From positions 4,064,001 to 4,128,000 of the forward strand of contig OZ242180.1 of NCBI GenBank assembly GCA_965205485.1: DNA of 64,000 nucleotides, read 5' to 3'. Every line of letters begins with the position of its first letter. Position 1 is the stretch's first letter. The notes beneath the pieces are model-generated. The model saw only the letters and a list, made by a program, of their open reading frames with translations. It searched no databases and was not told where the DNA came from. The DNA comes from Candidatus Latescibacterota bacterium (GTDB lineage: Bacteria; Latescibacterota; UBA2968; GCA-2709665). Made by a program: the position numbers and the translations under genes. Positions 59,112 to 64,000 of the stretch are shown one piece after another.

Positions 59112-61850
59112 TCAGGGTGTATGTGTTTCCGGGACAAGCGCTTCAATACGAACTGGACATACCTTTAATTCGGCTGTCTCCGTTACGGGATCGTAGCCGG
59201 ATCCTGTTAACACATTTACCGGTACGTCATTGAAGCCAAAACTTGCGAACACGGTGCCTCGAGGTGACTGACGGGTCGCCTTCACCTTGATCCTGATGGA
59301 ACCCCGCGCGCTCGACATCTGACACCAGCCGCCGTCCGAAAGTCCCCAGGCCGCTACGTCCGATGGATGCACTTCCAGCGTCTCTTCGGAGAGAAAATAG
59401 TCCATCCCTGCCGCCCGTCCGGTCTGGGTCCGCGTATGGTAGGCCTGCAACCTGCGACCCGTCGTCAGCCATACCGGAAAGTCGTCGCTGACCGTCTCCG
59501 CCGGATTGCGATAGCGATGCTTCGTGAAGATTCCCCGGCCATTTTCGAACTCGATTTCGTGCAACATCGGCGTGCCTGGATGACCGGCTTCGGGGACCGG
59601 CCAATGATACTGGCCGTGTTCGATCCGGTCCCAATCCAACCCTTCGTATATCGGTGACACGCGGCACAGCTCGTTGAACACATCTTCAGCAGAACCGTAC
59701 TCGAATCCTGGCGTTCCCATCCGTTTCGCAATCTCGCTGATGATCCACCAGTCAGGACGGGCATCTCCGGGGGGAGAGACCGCGGCACGCAGCCGCTGGA
59801 CCCGCCGCTCGGTATTCGTACACGTCCCATCCGTTTCCCCCCAGGCCGTTGCCGGCAGCACCACGTCGGCAAGTTCTGCCGTTTCGGTCAGGAAAATGTC
59901 GATCACAACAAGGTGGTCGAGGCTCTGCAAGGCGTGCGTGCAGTGCGCCCTGTCCGGATCGGAAACGACCGTGTTCTCGCCGTCTATCATCATAGCGCGG
60001 ATCCGGTCGCCGCACAGGTTAAGCGCCGCCACCTTCGTAATCCCCGTTTCCGCTTCCAGACGCTTGCCGTAGAGCCGTGAGAATTTCGCTGCATTCTCCG
60101 GGTCGTCACACGGCTGGAACCCGGGGAATTTATCCGGAATGGCGCCTGAATCGCCCGCGCCCTGGATATTGTTCTGGCCGCGCATCGGATTGATGCCCGT
60201 GCCTTCCCGCCCCACGTTTCCCGTCATCAGCGCGAGATTGCACAGGCTCTGGACATTGTCGACGCCGCAGATATGCTCGGTTATTCCCAGCGTATAGTAG
60301 ATCGCGCCACGGTCTGCCATACCGTACCAGATCGCGGCGAGTTCGATATCCTTCGCAGGCACCCCCGTAATCCGCTCGGCCCACTCCGGGGGATATTCCT
60401 TGACATGCTCGAGCAAGTCTTCAGACTTCACGGTCCGGCTATTGACAAAGTCCCTGTCGACCAGCCCTTCCCGCGCAATGACGTGGGCCATTGCCAGCAG
60501 TAGAGCGACATCCGACCCGACCCGCAACGGAAGATAAAGATCCGCCATCTCCGCCAGCGGAATGCGCCGCGGGTCCGCGACGATCAGTTTTGCGCCGCCC
60601 CGTATTGCTTTCTTCAGTCGCGTCGCCGCCACCGGATGACACTCGGTCATGTTCGTCCCGATGCAGAAAAACACATCGGGCTTGTCCATATCGACCAGCG
60701 GATTCGACATCGCGCCCCTTCCGACCGTGGCTGCCAGACCGGCAACCGTTGGGGCGTGTCAGGCACGGCTGCAGTTGTCTATGTAATTGGTACCGAATCC
60801 GGCTCGGATAAATTTCCCCATCACGTACGCGGCCTCGGTAGGCGCGCGCCCCGAAGCCACTCCGTACGCGCTGAATTTCCCGTGCTTCGCTCGAGCTTCG
60901 CTGAAACCCCGAGCAGCGCGATCCAGCGCCTCTTTCCAGCCCGCTTCGTGCAGTTTGCCGTCTCCACGGCGCACGAGCGGCGCCTTCAGGCGATCGCGGT
61001 GATGCACAAAGTCGAATGCGAATTGCCCCTTTACACAAAGCGCGCCCTCGTTCGCCGGGCCGTCCATCGCGGGCTGGATGCCAACGATCCGCTCCCCTTT
61101 GGTCATCAGGTCCACGGAACACCCCACCCCGCAATACGGGCAGATCGAACGGGTCTTTTCAATCTTCCCCGGTTCACCGGAAGCCCTCAATGCCTTCCTG
61201 TCAGCAAGCGCGCCCGTTGGGCAGGTCTGAATGCACTGCCCGCAGAACGTACAGGACGACTCCTTCAGCAGGCCGTCGAATTCGGTTACGATCTGCGTCT
61301 CGAACCCACGGCCCATCACGCTGATCGCGTCGTCTCCCTCCTGTTCGGCACACACACGGACGCAACGGTAGCAGGAGATACATTTGTCGTAGTCCCGCAA
61401 CAGAAACGGATTGTCGTCCTCCACCTTGCTGCGTCCGGAAAGAGCGCCACTGAACCTTCCGGTGCGCGCGCCGTATCGATCCGCAAGCGTGGACAGTTCC
61501 TGCGAGGCATAACCGCAGAGGGGGTCCACATCGATCTCGGGGTTTTCGGACGCCACCATCTCCAGCAACACCTTTCGATACTTCCGTATCGCATCCGTTT
61601 CCGAACGAACGACCATCCCGGGCGTCGCGGGTGTGGTGCAGGAAGCCGCGGGAGTTCGGGCGCCTTCCACGTCGACCACGCAGAGGCGGCAACCTCCGAA
61701 GGGCTTCAGCCGCGCGTCGTAACACAGGGTCGGCACGGATATCGAGTGCCTTTGCGCAACGTCGAAAATGGTTTCTCCGTCTAAGAACCGGACCGTCTCG
61801 CCGTCAAGGGTCATTGTGCCTGTTTTGCCGCTGTCCATGTCTTCGACCAT
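59112..61850 (-). CDS. fdhF: Formate dehydrogenase alpha subunit, selenocysteine-containing (UGA at 60759-60761)
   Basis: ORFs 60759..61889 and 59112..60710 are in the same frame and read through 'DNCSRA-U-HAPTVAGL'. Fe-S motifs, CPYCGVGC and RGQNN are present. Confidence 0.93.
60729..60747 (-). promoter_or_regulatory. Bacterial SECIS element
   Basis: GGTTGCC-GGTCT-GGCAGCC hairpin beginning 11 nt after the UGA; resembles the E. coli fdhF SECIS. Confidence 0.85.
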
Positions 61851-61898
61851 CACTCTCCGCCTTCCCGGATTCTGGCGTCGCGTCAGCACCGATGGGGG

Positions 61899-63563
61899 CT
61901 ACTTCCGCAACACATGCCTTTCGACCTGATCCGGAAAATACTCCATCAGGCTTTCCGTCACCAGGGGAGCCGCCGTGCCAAGGCCGCACGCGCTGGTGGC
62001 CATCATGGTCAGGCCGATATCGTGTACCTCTGCCCGCCATTGCCCCACCTGCGCCGGCCCGTTGACGCCGTTCAGCCGCTCCACCAGCCGGCGCGTGCCT
62101 ATGCGGCACGGAAAACACTTGCCGCAAGACTCGTCGGCAAAAAAGGCCATCGCGCTGTGGGCAACCTCGACCATGTCTCTGCTGTCGTCGAAGACGATGA
62201 TGCCCCCGGCGCCCAGAAAGGACCCGTAACCTCGGAGGCTGGGTTCATCGAGCGTCGCTTCCAGCGCGTCACCGGCTACAAAGCCACCCGACAATCCCGC
62301 CATGGTGACCGCCTGGATGTTCCGGCCGCCGGGGGCGCCGCCGCCCCAATCGTAAAGCAGCGTTCTCAGCGGCAGGCCGAAGGGGACTTCGTAGTTGCCC
62401 GGACTCTCGATATCGCCCGACAGACTGATGACTTTGGTGCCTGGCTGGCCGTTCAATCCAAGACTCCGGTACCAATCCGCGCCCTTTCGGACGATTTGAG
62501 GTACGGCAACCAGCGTTTCAACGTTGTTCACCGCAGTCGGCAGGTCCTCGAACCCGTGGGTTACGGGATAAGGCGGCCGGTTTCTCGGGAACGGATGTCT
62601 GCCTTCCAGGCTGTTCAGTAACGATCCCTCTTCGCCGCACACATACGCCCCTCCGCCGCGCCGGATGTGTATCCGGAAATCGAAATTCGTCCCCAGAATG
62701 CCATCGCCAACCAGACCGGCGGCCTCCGCTTCTTCGATGGCGCTTTCCAGAATGCTCAGCGCTTGCGGATATTCGTACCTCAGGTAGATGAACCCCCGCG
62801 TGGCGCCGGTTGCGTACGCGGCGATGACCATACCCTCCAGTACCGCGTGCGGATCGTAGTCCATCAGGGCCCTGTCCTTGAAGCAGCCGGGTTCTCCCTC
62901 GTCGGCATTGCAGACGACCGTTTTCGGACCGCCTGCGGCTTCGGATACCGCCTCCCACTTCGCACCTGTGGGAAAGCCGGCGCCTCCGCGTCCGGCCAGC
63001 CCGCTTTCCGTGACACTCTCCACGACCTCTGCCGGCTCCATCCCGGATATCGCTCTCTTCAGTCCGCGGTACCCGTGTGAGGCGCGATACCCTTCGAGGT
63101 TCGAGCGGTTCGGCGCGCGAATATGTCGAAAGACGCACTCCTCCAGCCGGCCGGGGTTTTCCGCCGGCAGCGGCGTCGGGTCCTCCCTCATGCGCCGCGC
63201 ATCCGTCCCCACGAGAACCCTGTGGTTCTGAATCACCGGAACCGGTTCATCGCACCTGCCCGCACACGCCATCGGGGCGCCATTCAGGGCATCGCACATC
63301 TCCCGCGCGCCGCGAAGCGCACAAATCGGCCCGGTGCAAACGCGGAATCCATCAAGTCCGCCGGGCTTGCGGGAAATGTGATGGTAGAAACTTACGGTAC
63401 CGAACAAGTCTGCCAGCGGCGTATTCAACCCGGCGGAAATGGCCCGGATGGCCTCATCAGAGACATATCCATCCCGATCGTGGAACGCGTGCAACAGCGG
63501 CAACAACGGCGCAGTTTCGTCTTTCCAGCGTCGAACCAGTTCGGCGTCCGAAGGGTCCGCCAT
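61899..63563 (-). CDS. NuoE-NuoF-like fused NAD/FMN-binding subunit of formate dehydrogenase
   Basis: NuoE-like N-terminus, 'GRGGAGFPTG', 'NADEGEPG', 'YVCGEE', 'ESCGKCFPCR', 'SACGLG'. Confidence 0.9.
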   Translation of the reverse strand: MADPSDAELVRRWKDETAPLLPLLHAFHDRDGYVSDEAIRAISAGLNTPLADLFGTVSFYHHISRKPGGLDGFRVCTGPICALRGAREMCDALNGAPMACAGRCDEPVPVIQNHRVLVGTDARRMREDPTPLPAENPGRLEECVFRHIRAPNRSNLEGYRASHGYRGLKRAISGMEPAEVVESVTESGLAGRGGAGFPTGAKWEAVSEAAGGPKTVVCNADEGEPGCFKDRALMDYDPHAVLEGMVIAAYATGATRGFIYLRYEYPQALSILESAIEEAEAAGLVGDGILGTNFDFRIHIRRGGGAYVCGEEGSLLNSLEGRHPFPRNRPPYPVTHGFEDLPTAVNNVETLVAVPQIVRKGADWYRSLGLNGQPGTKVISLSGDIESPGNYEVPFGLPLRTLLYDWGGGAPGGRNIQAVTMAGLSGGFVAGDALEATLDEPSLRGYGSFLGAGGIIVFDDSRDMVEVAHSAMAFFADESCGKCFPCRIGTRRLVERLNGVNGPAQVGQWRAEVHDIGLTMMATSACGLGTAAPLVTESLMEYFPDQVERHVLRK

Positions 63564-63649
63564 TCCACACTCCCTATCGATGCCAGATTGGCAGAAAATA
63601 ACGCCCACCGGCTTCCTGCCGGCGGGAGACGCACGTATTGACCCGGGAT

Positions 63650-63678
63650 AATATAGACAAGATAAATGTAGCTGTCAA
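63650..63678 (-). promoter_or_regulatory. sigma70 promoter of the fdh operon
   Basis: Minus strand TTGACA, 17 nt, TATATT. Confidence 0.7.
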
Positions 63679-63914
63679 GGCGGGTTACGGCAGGTCGAAT
63701 CTCACCATTCGGAGTTGAATTTCGCGTCGACCCGTTAATGCGGATTGGCATTGCAGGCTGAAATTTGGCGGGCGGCGGCATCGGTCACAAAGGACTTGGA
63801 AACAGACTGTCCGGAAATTACAATTGTGGACGAACGGAAATACTCGGCCCCGCATCCCGGTCTTCGCCGGGCAATGCCACTGATTTTCCCTAAACGTCGT
63901 TCGAGGAGGTTCAG

Positions 63915-64000
63915 GTGAACTTGTGCGGCACGAACTGGCCGACTTCCACGGACGAGGAAGTCTACTGGCAGAAGATTCGCACAGCCTATATGATCGCCGA
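63915..64000 (+). CDS. 5' end of a CDS, possibly a class V aminotransferase (truncated by window edge)
   Basis: GGAGG RBS and GTG start; translates as MNLCGTNWPTSTDEEVYWQKIRTAYMIA. Confidence 0.45.
   Translation, partial: MNLCGTNWPTSTDEEVYWQKIRTAYMIA

Noticed and set aside
59112..61889. Formate dehydrogenase alpha as two genes or a pseudogene
   Set aside because: The stop is an in-frame UGA at the catalytic Cys/Sec position with a SECIS downstream.

Overview
This is a 64-kb, GC-rich bacterial chromosomal window. The gene content (DUF512-der-MerR, rimP-nusA-infB-DUF503-rbfA-truB-ribF-rpsO-pnp) suggests an FCB-group-like diderm such as Latescibacterota or Gemmatimonadota; this taxonomy is inference only. 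The window appears to span the replication terminus. A 28-bp dif/XerCD site lies at 25248-25275, nearly all genes to its left are on the + strand and nearly all to its right are on the - strand. The left arm holds accessory enzymes, an AbrB-VapC toxin-antitoxin pair, the core translation operon, asnS, leuS and gcvT. An AT-richer HTH/coiled-coil gene sits directly beside dif. The right arm holds (i) a heparinase-like/beta-propeller protein, a TPR protein and a CdaA-YbbR diadenylate cyclase. It also holds (ii) an unusual hybrid ABC/RND transporter cluster (31193-45626): an RND permease fused to an ABC ATPase whose NBD is interrupted by a membrane insertion, a second RND, an MFP, a second ATPase and two ABC-2 permeases, one carrying a catalytically degenerate M1-peptidase domain. 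Next come (iii) an eight-gene methyl-transfer/N-methylamide catabolic cluster with one frameshifted TPP enzyme, and (iv) a selenocysteine formate dehydrogenase operon with an in-frame UGA and SECIS. Six copies of a modular hairpin MITE, one copy of a second MITE type and one GTAG-type REP are scattered in intergenic spaces. No CRISPR array, tRNA or rRNA was seen.
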